A stretch of 46,458 nucleotides of DNA from a virus. The stretch is taken from the IMG/VR virus record IMGVR_UViG_3300034175_000027. One strand, given 5' to 3'. Of the stretch, positions 1 to 8,365 are shown one piece after another (the stretch's first letter is position 1; each line of letters starts with the position of its first letter). Both the position numbers and the translations under genes were made by a program. The notes beneath the pieces are model-generated. The model ran no database searches. It was not told the DNA's origin and was given only the letters and a program-made list of their open reading frames with translations.

Positions 1-127
1 GGCTGCCTAGGCAGCCATCCCATTCAACAATTAGGTCGCGTAAGTGAATGACTCTTCACGGCGCAACACAATGTCAGCATCCTGGAAAGCCACGATGCGA
101 ATGCCGCCAGACTTCGACAAGCTGGAA
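1..127. repeat. Terminal direct repeat, copy 1. Bases 1-127 are identical to 46332-46458, so this is a closed circular or circularly permuted contig of 46,331 bp.
   Basis: Read directly. Both ends read ggctgcctaggcagccatcccattcaacaattaggtcgcg...cttcgacaagctggaa. The 3' end of the capsid ORF is duplicated with the repeat. Confidence 0.95.
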
Positions 128-2019
128 GTGTCAACAGTCAAGTCGAGACCGCCCCACAAGCCAACAATCAAGTCATTGAAGTTGCCGAAAAACACGTCAT
201 TGCCAGCGATCTGATTGGTAACCTCAGTGCGGTAGCCGTTGATAGTGTTGCCAGCTTCCCAGATGATCGCCTCAGTGCCAGTGCCGAAACGAGTGGTCGT
301 TTTTGCGTTACCGCGAGTCAACGCATTCACTACATACGCCATGCTGTTCACGTCAGCGTTGTCAGCTGCGATCTTGCTTTCCATCTCGACATATTCGGCA
401 TAAGTCGGGTATGCGCCGCCCAATGTCACTGCGTTAATGCCGTTGTAATTCTTCAAGCCTTTAGGCTGATTGGCAGTGCCAGAGCCGTAGTAACCAGCGA
501 GGTCAATCGCTTGCGCAATCGCGTTCAACAGGTCACGGCGCACGATACCCTCGGCATCAGGCGTTGACTGCATCATCAAGCGGCGCGTGATATCCACGTA
601 CGCTGCAACAGTCTTAGGCGAGAGAGCCAATTGCCCGATGGTTGGAGTGCCTTCGGTCGCGTCATCACCCTCGCCAATCCAGTAGGCAGTAGCGCCACCA
701 GTTTGCTTAGGCACTTCAACGTTGCCAACCAGGCCGCCCATTGTGTTGGCGAGCTTCATAATCGTGGTGCGGTTGCGCAGCATCTCAATGAAGCTGCCAG
801 CCATGAAATTGGTATCAACCAAGCCAGAGCCTGTTTGTGCACCAGTCGGGCTGTTAGGTGCGCCACCAGCGTTGAAAGCACGCGCGAGAACGTCCTCAGG
901 AACAAGGATGCCTTTAGCTTCTTTGCCAAGCTGGCGTTGAGCTGCAGAGCTACATTCAAACTCGAACGCAGCAGCCTCGCGATCAGCATTGGTCGCATTC
1001 GGCATCATTGCGCGCACTGCTTTAAACAGTGAGTAGCTGCGAGCCTCAGTATCGGTCAAACCGATGCTTGGATCTTTCGATTCAGACAGCGGCTTGCTGT
1101 CACGCTTGCCGCCACTACCAGAGCCAATGCCGCGAGTGTTCATAAACTCAAGCACTTCACCCTGGAATGACTCGGCAGACTTGCCAGTCTTAACAGCATC
1201 GCGAGCGAGCTGAGGGCAGTTGTATTTGTCACCCATCTCGATGATGGCGGCAGTACGCTTTTGCTCTGCTTCGAGAGCGCGTTGACCAGCTGCTGCGATA
1301 TCGGCGCCAGCCTTTTCAAGCACTTCAAGCACTTGAGTAATTTTACCATCTGCATCAACCATGGCGCGAACCAGGTTGCCAGAGGCATCACGTAGAATTT
1401 TTTCCATTGCTCTGACTTCCTCAGAAATTGAATTTTGGGCGCGTTCGCCACTATTGACGATCGCATTTTGTGGGGTTGTTGCTGGCGCTTCTTCTTGTGG
1501 CTTTTCCAGTGATCTGCCGACACCGACAGTCGGGTCTGCTGGCACGCTCACAAGAGAAATCTCGTAAGGCTCCCAGTCATTGACCAGGTACACATCATCA
1601 TCGCCGCGAGTTTCCTGCAGCTTGATACCGTGCACCATGTAGCCGACAGAAACCTTTGTGACGATGCCGTCTGCAATATCCTGCAGCAGCTGCTCACCAT
1701 CATCGCTCTTGCTAAAGCGCACGACGGCGCGGCCTTTGCGATCTTGGTCAACACGAGCTGTGCCAGGCTCAACAACGCCTCGCATATCGTCCCAGTTATG
1801 ATTCCAAAGCACCGCAGCTTTATCGTTGAGTCTGTCCAGCCGGATGGCACCCGCTGCATGATCTAAAATCTCAAAACCGAACCATCTCCGGTATTCGATT
1901 TCAGAGCTAAATGACAACTCAACCGTGCGGCCTTCTAAATCAACACTACCAACGGTGGCTTCGCGATAGAGCAAGCCCTTTTCGCGTATCTCTATCAGGC
2001 GCTGTGCTAGTTTGTTCAT
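31..2019 (-). CDS. Prohead protease (HK97-type) fused to an HK97-fold major capsid protein
   Basis: 662-aa ORF directly downstream of portal. The N-terminal ~170 aa look like a prohead protease (..VSVGYMVHG.., ..YEISLVSVPADP..). A charged linker or delta-like segment follows, then a ~400-aa capsid-like C-terminus. Confidence 0.8.
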   Translation of the reverse strand: MNKLAQRLIEIREKGLLYREATVGSVDLEGRTVELSFSSEIEYRRWFGFEILDHAAGAIRLDRLNDKAAVLWNHNWDDMRGVVEPGTARVDQDRKGRAVVRFSKSDDGEQLLQDIADGIVTKVSVGYMVHGIKLQETRGDDDVYLVNDWEPYEISLVSVPADPTVGVGRSLEKPQEEAPATTPQNAIVNSGERAQNSISEEVRAMEKILRDASGNLVRAMVDADGKITQVLEVLEKAGADIAAAGQRALEAEQKRTAAIIEMGDKYNCPQLARDAVKTGKSAESFQGEVLEFMNTRGIGSGSGGKRDSKPLSESKDPSIGLTDTEARSYSLFKAVRAMMPNATNADREAAAFEFECSSAAQRQLGKEAKGILVPEDVLARAFNAGGAPNSPTGAQTGSGLVDTNFMAGSFIEMLRNRTTIMKLANTMGGLVGNVEVPKQTGGATAYWIGEGDDATEGTPTIGQLALSPKTVAAYVDITRRLMMQSTPDAEGIVRRDLLNAIAQAIDLAGYYGSGTANQPKGLKNYNGINAVTLGGAYPTYAEYVEMESKIAADNADVNSMAYVVNALTRGNAKTTTRFGTGTEAIIWEAGNTINGYRTEVTNQIAGNDVFFGNFNDLIVGLWGGLDLTVDTSSLSKSGGIRIVAFQDADIVLRREESFTYAT
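1465..1507 (-). promoter_or_regulatory. Predicted late promoter P-late1, internal to the protease-capsid ORF
   Basis: On the minus strand, box GGAAAAGCCACAAGAAG at 1491-1507 (16/17 to consensus), with CAAAAT exactly 20 nt downstream at 1465-1470. An SD (GAGGA) and an in-frame ATG at 1407 follow. Confidence 0.45.
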
Positions 2020-3626
2020 TGTGGCGCCTCTCTTGGGCTTAGTTCTGGCTTAGGAACCGGTCTGCCCATGGTGAGCAAAACGAATTCGGTCGCCGTTTTT
2101 TCGTCGATGCCTTCGTTGACGTAGGTGTCGATCATCGCGCGCACATCGCGGGCGGTCTCCAACCATACGGTTTGAGGGTCTTTCCCTTGCTCACGAATGA
2201 TCGTGCTAGGGCTGGTTAAACCGTTGTTTTTCGAATTCACCGCAGCGTCGACGTCAGCACGCGGGTCAATCCACTGCCAGCGACGTGGCTGCCAGCTAAC
2301 GTTTTTGTAGCGGTCAAGGCGCTCAGCTTTGAGCGGGCGCCCTTTGACCATCAGCTTGCCCATGAGCAGCGCGCGAGGCAGCCACCCTTGTGCAAACACC
2401 CGGCTGATCAGCGTTTCGATCAACCACTCTTGTAATTCTTTCCAGTGTTCACGGCTGTCGAGCGTGCCCTGCCTGATGCTTGAGAAATTCACACCCTCGA
2501 GGTCTGCGGCCAGCTCGTTATAAGGAACGCCGAAACCGGCTGCCATGCTGCGCAGAGCTTGCTTGATAAACGGCGCATATTCGCCATTGGGGTACTGCGG
2601 TGACGTCTCTTTGATTTCAGCTCCCTCTGGCAAAACGATCAGCTCGCCAGGTTCGCTATCAATTATCAATTCCTCGCCGTCATCCATTTCCGGGCCATAG
2701 CCGTCTTTCCACTGAATGACGCCAAGCTTGTTCGCCCCTACGCGAGCATTGACGATCGCGGCGTTTTCCATCGCGTTCATCTGGCGCATGCGAAACAGGC
2801 TGGTAGCAGTCCAGGGTAAGCCGCGCTTTTGCCCGGTCATATCCTCGAGAAAACCGTGAATGATATCCTCGGCTGGCACCTCGATGTACTTTTTACCTCC
2901 ATGCGTGTAGGTGGCTTCTGTCTCATCAGTGGTGCTGAAAAAATAGCCCAACGGGCGCCCGTAACGGTTAAACCGGATGCCCTGGCGAATGAAATTGCCG
3001 CCAGTGGTGGTGCGCTCATTCATGTCGATCGGGCAACGCTGTGCGTCGATCACCTGCAGCGAAAACTGCCACGGTCCAGCCTCTTTGCCGTAAATCATGC
3101 GCACGATAAATTCGCCATCTTTGGCGGCACTGACTACGCAGGTTGATTGAATTTGGCGAAACGATCGGCGCCCGGTGACGTCGCAATTTTGCGGCATGCA
3201 CCACTCAGCCCAACCAGTTTCAATGGCTTCATTGGCCAGCTTGTCGAGCTTGCCTTTTTCGTCTTTGCTTTGAGCCTGCAGGGTTACGCCTTGCGGGCCG
3301 ACAATATTTTGACGGCACATGCGCAGAAACGCCTTGCCGTAATCGTTGTTTGCACACTGCTCGCGCGAGCGGGCAACGATGGTGCGTTGGTTACGATCGA
3401 CAACCTCGTCAGCGGTGAGCGGTGAGCTACCCCAGCCCTGCGAAAGTCGATCCTGCTGAGCAGCAGCAAACATGCGTGCAGAGCTACGGCTGCGCATGTG
3501 ATTGGCGCGCGATTTCTCAGGCTGCTCTGGCGCTGTAGCAATAGCAACGCCGTTCTGGCGCACAATTGGAACGCCAGAACGGGCAAACGCTGTTTTGTCT
3601 CTCTGCGCAAGTTCCCACGAGTTCAT
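2016..3626 (-). CDS. Portal protein (lambda gpB-like family)
   Basis: 536-aa ORF between terminase and protease-capsid. Its N-terminal region is lambda-portal-like (..QGWGSSPLTADE..ARSREQCANNDY..). It overlaps its neighbours by 4 nt (translational coupling). Confidence 0.85.
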   Translation of the reverse strand: MNSWELAQRDKTAFARSGVPIVRQNGVAIATAPEQPEKSRANHMRSRSSARMFAAAQQDRLSQGWGSSPLTADEVVDRNQRTIVARSREQCANNDYGKAFLRMCRQNIVGPQGVTLQAQSKDEKGKLDKLANEAIETGWAEWCMPQNCDVTGRRSFRQIQSTCVVSAAKDGEFIVRMIYGKEAGPWQFSLQVIDAQRCPIDMNERTTTGGNFIRQGIRFNRYGRPLGYFFSTTDETEATYTHGGKKYIEVPAEDIIHGFLEDMTGQKRGLPWTATSLFRMRQMNAMENAAIVNARVGANKLGVIQWKDGYGPEMDDGEELIIDSEPGELIVLPEGAEIKETSPQYPNGEYAPFIKQALRSMAAGFGVPYNELAADLEGVNFSSIRQGTLDSREHWKELQEWLIETLISRVFAQGWLPRALLMGKLMVKGRPLKAERLDRYKNVSWQPRRWQWIDPRADVDAAVNSKNNGLTSPSTIIREQGKDPQTVWLETARDVRAMIDTYVNEGIDEKTATEFVLLTMGRPVPKPELSPREAPQ

Positions 3627-4162
3627 TATTGTAGTCTCACGCGCACAACTGCGCCGAATGGGTTTCTGCCGCAGGCGGTGCCTTTCTCGTTGCGAACCTG
3701 CCGCCGATATTCATTGCGCAACAAAATCAGGTCACTGATCGGTGTGCGGAATAACTCGCGGTTGTTAATGCGGTAGCGCTCTTGATCCAGTGTCGCGCGC
3801 TTGGCGATCACAGCCTCGATTGCCTCGAGTGCGATCTCAGCCGTTGTGCGACCGTCATAAACGCCAGTTTGCGCAGCTAGATCGGGTGTGATTTCGATCT
3901 GGCCAGTTTCATATTCTTCTGTGGTGGTGCCATCAGTGACGCGCAGCGAGTACCAGTAGTTGCCCGGTGTCCAGTCAGCAGTGACGGCAGCGGTGACCAG
4001 TATGCGATGTTGCGTACCCTCAGCTACGGCTGTGAGATCGATGGCCGCAGGTCCGCGCAACAGCAGTGTCACGGTCCATTCAGGAGCGGGATAAGCTGTT
4101 AGCGTCAGCAACCGGCTGAAAGTCAGCCCGGCGCCGGTTTTTTCAGGAATTTTGCAGCTCAC
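3626..4162 (-). CDS. gpW-like head-tail joining protein with an extra N-terminal domain
   Basis: It occupies the lambda gpW position (between gpA-like terminase and portal). The C-terminal ~70 aa (..EAIEAVIAKRATLDQERYRINNRELFRTPISDLILLRNEYRRQV..) have gpW-like character. The GTG start overlaps the terminase stop (GTGA). Confidence 0.5.
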   Translation of the reverse strand: MSCKIPEKTGAGLTFSRLLTLTAYPAPEWTVTLLLRGPAAIDLTAVAEGTQHRILVTAAVTADWTPGNYWYSLRVTDGTTTEEYETGQIEITPDLAAQTGVYDGRTTAEIALEAIEAVIAKRATLDQERYRINNRELFRTPISDLILLRNEYRRQVRNEKGTACGRNPFGAVVRVRLQ

Positions 4163-6165
4163 CAGTTATTTGCCCACCCTTTGCCGCGCTTGGCGCTCAC
4201 AGATTTCGAGCGCTTAATAGTGGGCTTAGTCTGTGCGGGCGCCGCTTTTGGTTCCTCTTGTGGCTTTTCCTCGCGCTTTTTGGGCTTTGGAATTGGCCTA
4301 GGAAGCTCGTTTTCGGGTGCGATTTCGGGTGTTTTTGGGGGTAAATTGTCGTTTGCAGGGGTGCTGTAGCGCTCTGCGAGGCGTTTTAGTGGGGGTTGCA
4401 TGATCTTTAGGGCAGCGGTGGCGTAGACCCTGCAATCTAGAGCCTCGTTTCTAACCTTGTCGCCTTTGGTCCATTCCCGCACAGGAAAACCCTTGACGTA
4501 ACGAGTGACCAGTTTCTCAGACGTCAGCTGCTTGAAATATTCACCGTCACGATCGTGAGGGAAATGACAGTAGCCCGGTCCTGGTCTCGCATTATTCAAG
4601 CGGCGCATGACGATGAGTTTTGTCTCGTCAACACCAACTAGAAACAGGTCGATTTTTCTAGCGTTTTTGCCAGACTGCTTACGTTGTGGTTTCTCAACGA
4701 TCGCACGCCCCCAGCCCGCAACGCCTTTAATGCCGAATAACCTGCGCCCTGTCTTGCCTCGCGCATACTCGTATGCGGCTTGGGTGTAACCGTTGGTGCC
4801 GCCAGTATCCAAACAGGCAGCGCTGATGGGTAGAACGGCACCACTTTCGTGCTGGAATGTTTGCGCAAGGTAGTCATCAAGGTCGTTCCACACCTCGCCA
4901 GCGAGAGGATCGCCGTATAAAATTGTGTAATCGATCGACCAACTTTCCTCACCAACACCCCACGCAACGGTTTCCACCTCGAGGCGGTCCTGCTGAGCAT
5001 CAATGCCGGCTGTTAGGTACACCCCACCCATCGGCACATCAGCGCGGTATTCCTCGCGGCGCCCCATAAGGCTATCAGGGTCAACCTTGTCGCCTTTTTC
5101 CTCCCATGTCTTGGCCAGGCTGACATTGGTGAATGTCTGCAGGTCGTCGGTCGCCAGCTTGTCGAGATAGTCGCGAACGATCGCGGGTATTTTGCGAAAG
5201 GTGCTGTAAAGCTCATTCAGGTGGTAGCTGGCATGCCCATCGAAAGGCTTTTCAGCTACCCAGTGGCCAGCTCGGATTGCTGCCACGCGTTGGCCTTCAT
5301 CCCACTGACTGCCGCAGTGCATACAGTAGTAGCGCGCAGTGTCAGCCTTTTGCTCGGTGAGCGCGGCGGCTGTGTCCTCATCAGTCTCTCGCCTGCCATC
5401 CCATCGCACATTTTCCCAGTCGAGTTTATCGTGCACATGGCAGTGCGGGCACTCGACGTGAAAGTGCCGCTGGTCACCCATCTCAAACGCTTTTTCGATG
5501 TATGAATCATCACGGATCGTTGGCGTTGAAATTTCCAGCAGGAAGCGCTGGTCACCGAACGTGGCAGAGCGCTGCCAGAGCAACCCAACAGGGTGGCCTT
5601 CTGCCGTTCTACTGTAAGAATCAACTTCATCACAAACGATAAGCGGCGCCGATCGGCCACGCATTGTCTTAGGGCTGCCGCTGTAGGCCATCATCAAAAA
5701 CCCGCCGGGGAAACTCTTCATATTTTGGTTGTTAACACCTTCGCGGCCTCGCGGCTTCGACATTAGCCTCCGCACAGGCTCGCACTCATCAACGAGCGGG
5801 TTGAACTTACTTTCTAGCCATGTGCGCACATCATCCTGCGATGGCTGCATCATCATCTGTGAGCGAGGCGACATGGCGATGCAGTAAGCCTGTACGCATA
5901 AAGCCAAAAGCGTCTTGCCAACCTGGGCCGACCACATCAGAGAAACGCGGTAGCAATCAGGGTTTACCAGCTGATTCATTGGCTCGATTTGATATGGTGC
6001 GTTGGCGAAACGCAGCCTGCCAGGAATAGCATTTCCGGCTGGTATCTTGATGAAATTAGATGCCCATTCTGATGGGGTCATATCAGGTGGTGGCTTTAGC
6101 TGCTCAGCTCCCGCTTTGATTGCTGCGGCCACCCCAAGCGGGTTTTTGAAATCTTCTATTTTCAT
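4159..6165 (-). CDS. Terminase large subunit (lambda GpA family)
   Basis: 668-aa ORF with a GpA-like N-terminus (..SEWASNFIKIPAGNAIPGRLRFANAPYQIEPMN..MWSAQVGKT..). Acidic motif LIVCDEVD. Lys/Pro/Glu-rich C-terminal tail. Confidence 0.88.
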   Translation of the reverse strand: MKIEDFKNPLGVAAAIKAGAEQLKPPPDMTPSEWASNFIKIPAGNAIPGRLRFANAPYQIEPMNQLVNPDCYRVSLMWSAQVGKTLLALCVQAYCIAMSPRSQMMMQPSQDDVRTWLESKFNPLVDECEPVRRLMSKPRGREGVNNQNMKSFPGGFLMMAYSGSPKTMRGRSAPLIVCDEVDSYSRTAEGHPVGLLWQRSATFGDQRFLLEISTPTIRDDSYIEKAFEMGDQRHFHVECPHCHVHDKLDWENVRWDGRRETDEDTAAALTEQKADTARYYCMHCGSQWDEGQRVAAIRAGHWVAEKPFDGHASYHLNELYSTFRKIPAIVRDYLDKLATDDLQTFTNVSLAKTWEEKGDKVDPDSLMGRREEYRADVPMGGVYLTAGIDAQQDRLEVETVAWGVGEESWSIDYTILYGDPLAGEVWNDLDDYLAQTFQHESGAVLPISAACLDTGGTNGYTQAAYEYARGKTGRRLFGIKGVAGWGRAIVEKPQRKQSGKNARKIDLFLVGVDETKLIVMRRLNNARPGPGYCHFPHDRDGEYFKQLTSEKLVTRYVKGFPVREWTKGDKVRNEALDCRVYATAALKIMQPPLKRLAERYSTPANDNLPPKTPEIAPENELPRPIPKPKKREEKPQEEPKAAPAQTKPTIKRSKSVSAKRGKGWANNW
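4228..4270 (-). promoter_or_regulatory. Predicted late promoter P-late2, inside the terminase 3' end
   Basis: Minus-strand box GGAAAAGCCACAAGAGG at 4254-4270, with CAGACT 20 nt downstream at 4228-4233. It lies upstream of the gpW-like/portal/capsid genes. Confidence 0.45.
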
Positions 6166-6944
6166 ACCGCTATCAGCCTGTTTGATTTTCTAAGATTGTC
6201 GTTGGCCGGTATAACCTGCAGGTTCCACGGCACGTGCAGCCCGCAAACAGTTGCACCCCTAAGCGGAATAATGTGGTCAACGTGATGCTTGATGCCAGTT
6301 TCGTTAAATAATTTATTGGATAGCTGATAGTAAGCTCTTATCTCCAGCCAATGGTTTTCAGTTAGCCACTTAGGAGTAGCAAGCAGCTTTCTTGCTCTGC
6401 GGGCACCCCAACGCTCTGTCAGTCTATCGGGGCGGGCTTTCCACCAATTTCTGTTATAAGAGTTGACCCTCTCCCTATTTTTATCTGTCCACTTGATTAC
6501 TGAGAGCCTGTGCTTAGCTTTATTCTGGCTGTACCATTTCCGCTTATGCAGGTTGCAGGCTTCTCGGTTTTGTTTAGAGTAAAGAGAGCTTTTCGCGATC
6601 ATTTCGTCGCGATTGGCCTTGTAATACGCCTTCATTTGAGCGAGTTTTTTATCTCTGTTTTTTTCGTGATAGGCCGAATTTCTCTCGCGGATGCGCTCGG
6701 CATTCCGCTTGTAATATTCAGGAGCATGAGATTGCTGGTAGGCTTTGACTTTCTCGGGGTTTAACTTTCTATACTGCTGAGCAGCTGCAACTTTGTCGTT
6801 GAGGCATTGATCGCACAAACACCCTCTGCCATTCACTCTGCGCTCAGCAAGATTGCCGTATTTGCAAGGCGTGCCGCCAAAGTATGTTTTTTGCCCTTTT
6901 GCAATAGCCTCGTTTCGGGTAATGATCTGCATAACTTCGCTCAA
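6162..6944 (-). CDS. HNH endonuclease (terminase-associated)
   Basis: C-terminal HNH motif (..HHVDHIIPLRGATVCGLHVPWNLQVIPANDNLRKSN). The N-terminus is Cys-rich and is followed by about 8 degenerate Y-x-K-x-N-R/P-E repeats. The gene sits between the small and large terminase genes and is visibly AT-richer than its neighbours. Confidence 0.8.
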   Translation of the reverse strand: MSEVMQIITRNEAIAKGQKTYFGGTPCKYGNLAERRVNGRGCLCDQCLNDKVAAAQQYRKLNPEKVKAYQQSHAPEYYKRNAERIRERNSAYHEKNRDKKLAQMKAYYKANRDEMIAKSSLYSKQNREACNLHKRKWYSQNKAKHRLSVIKWTDKNRERVNSYNRNWWKARPDRLTERWGARRARKLLATPKWLTENHWLEIRAYYQLSNKLFNETGIKHHVDHIIPLRGATVCGLHVPWNLQVIPANDNLRKSNRLIAV

Positions 6945-7027
6945 GTTAGCGCTATGATTAGGTTGCGGCAGAGCGTAGCGTTCGCCTTTTCTCCTGGCCG
7001 GGATAGCCGCGCTGTCATTATAAATTA

Positions 7028-7549
7028 CTAATTGTCGTCTTGCTCATCATTATCGTCATCGCTGGCAGACAAATCTGCATTTGATAAAGCTTCGAGAACT
7101 TGGTCGATTTCTTCAAGCAAAACCTTTTTGAACTGTCGCTCATCAAGCTCGCCTATCAAAGTGGCAACCACCCGGCTCGGTATATTCCGCATGCCAGCTC
7201 GCACCTCGGCAAACGCTCGAGACACCATGCGCTCAACCTGATCGAGCGGCGCAACCAGGTCGCGCGCTCTTGCAAGTGTCAGCTCTGCAGTTGCTGTTTC
7301 AGCTGCCAGTTTACGACGCTTCAATTCTGATTCATCTGCGGTAGCGGTGCCGCTGCCTTCCTCGCGCGCTTTGATGCGCAGCCAGTTAGCAACCTCTGCC
7401 GTGTTGAAAGTCGACGCGACACCGCGCTGCCCTTTCGATGCGATCGGGCAACCGGCTCTAACCCATGCGTCAACTGTGGGAGGTGTTACGCCAAAAAATT
7501 CGGATAGCTCGCCACGATTGCAAGTCTGCCCCTTGCCTTTACTGGCCAT
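7028..7549 (-). CDS. Terminase small subunit (Nu1-like, N-terminal winged HTH)
   Basis: The N-terminus (..CNRGELSEFFGVTPPTVDAWVRAGCPI..) is a Nu1-type HTH. The C-terminal tail is acidic. The gene is first in the packaging block. Confidence 0.7.
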   Translation of the reverse strand: MASKGKGQTCNRGELSEFFGVTPPTVDAWVRAGCPIASKGQRGVASTFNTAEVANWLRIKAREEGSGTATADESELKRRKLAAETATAELTLARARDLVAPLDQVERMVSRAFAEVRAGMRNIPSRVVATLIGELDERQFKKVLLEEIDQVLEALSNADLSASDDDNDEQDDN

Positions 7550-7831
7550 AGTTTGCCTTTATTGAAACGCTTATTGTAATTAAAAAACCTAATTTGAAAA
7601 CGCAGCCACAACGCGATTGTCGCGGACCAATGTGCCCCACAGGCTATACCCCCTGTCGGAGTACCTTTTGCCCTTTTTTGGCGCACGACTTGGCATGATC
7701 ATTGCCATGCGTCACGAGCCTAGGATGCGGCCTATACATAGACCTACTGCCCATGCGCCCTAGCCTGAATGCCCTGCGCACCATCACTAGTACGAACAAC
7801 ACATTGATCAGCACCCATACGATAACGACGC

Positions 7832-8365
7832 TTAGAATTGCCATTGCTCTGCCCCCGTGTTGGTGAGTGAGTTATACGCACGCACGCACGCTAGTCCTGC
7901 TGCCCTTGCTTCGTCAGCGTGCTTAGCCAGCTCTCCCGCTCTTTGGTCAGCCCGCTTGAGCATGTCGGCAAGCAATGCGTTGGGGGTGCTGGTTGATGCG
8001 CCTCTCTTGGTAGTGCTGGTATCGCAGGCGCTTGTGTTGGCTGCCTTGCCCAGTCTTTCGATGTGCTCGCGCAGGCTGGTAGCAGCAACATCAGCAGTGA
8101 GAGCATCAGCCCTAGCGTTATTAAGTTCATCTTGTGCACGGTTGATCACCTCGTTGATTGCGGTTTGTCTGCGCTGTTCCTCAACGCGAGCGATGGCCTC
8201 GGCCTCGGCTTTTTCCTTCATTTGTTTGGAGGCTTGCGCATCCCATTTGGTCTGCCAACGAGCGTCACTAGTATCGACGCCATGCTCATAGGCCATATAG
8301 AGAATGGCCAGCACAGCAGCGACACCAGCGATGTACGGCATAAGCCTGGCAAGTAGGATCATCAT
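7832..8365 (-). CDS. i-spanin (Rz-like)
   Basis: The start ATG at 8365 overlaps the endolysin stop (ATGA). It has an N-terminal TM helix (MMILLARLMPYIAGVAAVLAILYMAY) and a coiled-coil, charged periplasmic part. Another ORF with a lipobox is embedded in it. Confidence 0.65.
   Translation of the reverse strand: MMILLARLMPYIAGVAAVLAILYMAYEHGVDTSDARWQTKWDAQASKQMKEKAEAEAIARVEEQRRQTAINEVINRAQDELNNARADALTADVAATSLREHIERLGKAANTSACDTSTTKRGASTSTPNALLADMLKRADQRAGELAKHADEARAAGLACVRAYNSLTNTGAEQWQF
7891..8139 (-). CDS. o-spanin (Rz1-like lipoprotein) embedded out of frame in the i-spanin gene
   Basis: It has a signal peptide plus a lipobox-like LLLPAC, followed by a short proline-rich mature part. It lies wholly inside 7832-8365 in another frame, which is the classic Rz/Rz1 architecture. 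Confidence 0.6.
   Translation of the reverse strand: MHKMNLITLGLMLSLLMLLLPACASTSKDWARQPTQAPAIPALPREAHQPAPPTHCLPTCSSGLTKERESWLSTLTKQGQQD

Noticed and set aside
4254-4270. Whether the 17-nt box could instead be a DNA uptake sequence, a Chi-like site, a nut/boxA-type RNA element or a Shine-Dalgarno sequence.
   Set aside because: The copies are not spread evenly and do not follow replication orientation. They sit at fixed geometry before late units with a co-varying -10-like hexamer. Their distances to start codons (24-91 nt) are wrong for an SD. I saw no conserved adjacent hairpin of the boxB type. A promoter or activator site fits best, although an RNA-level role is not excluded.
7550-7831. 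An attempt to pinpoint the cos site upstream of the Nu1-like gene, for example the TGGCA-tgatcat-TGCCA inverted repeat near 7689-7705.
   Set aside because: Nothing in the sequence alone identifies the nick sites or the terminase-binding R sites. Read-terminus data are needed.
7644-7844. A 66-aa ORF with a hydrophobic N-terminus directly after the spanin genes, as a possible extra lysis or membrane protein.
   Set aside because: No SD was seen. It lies in the region where the cos site and packaging signals are expected, and only the first ~22 aa look protein-like. I left it unannotated. It could be real.
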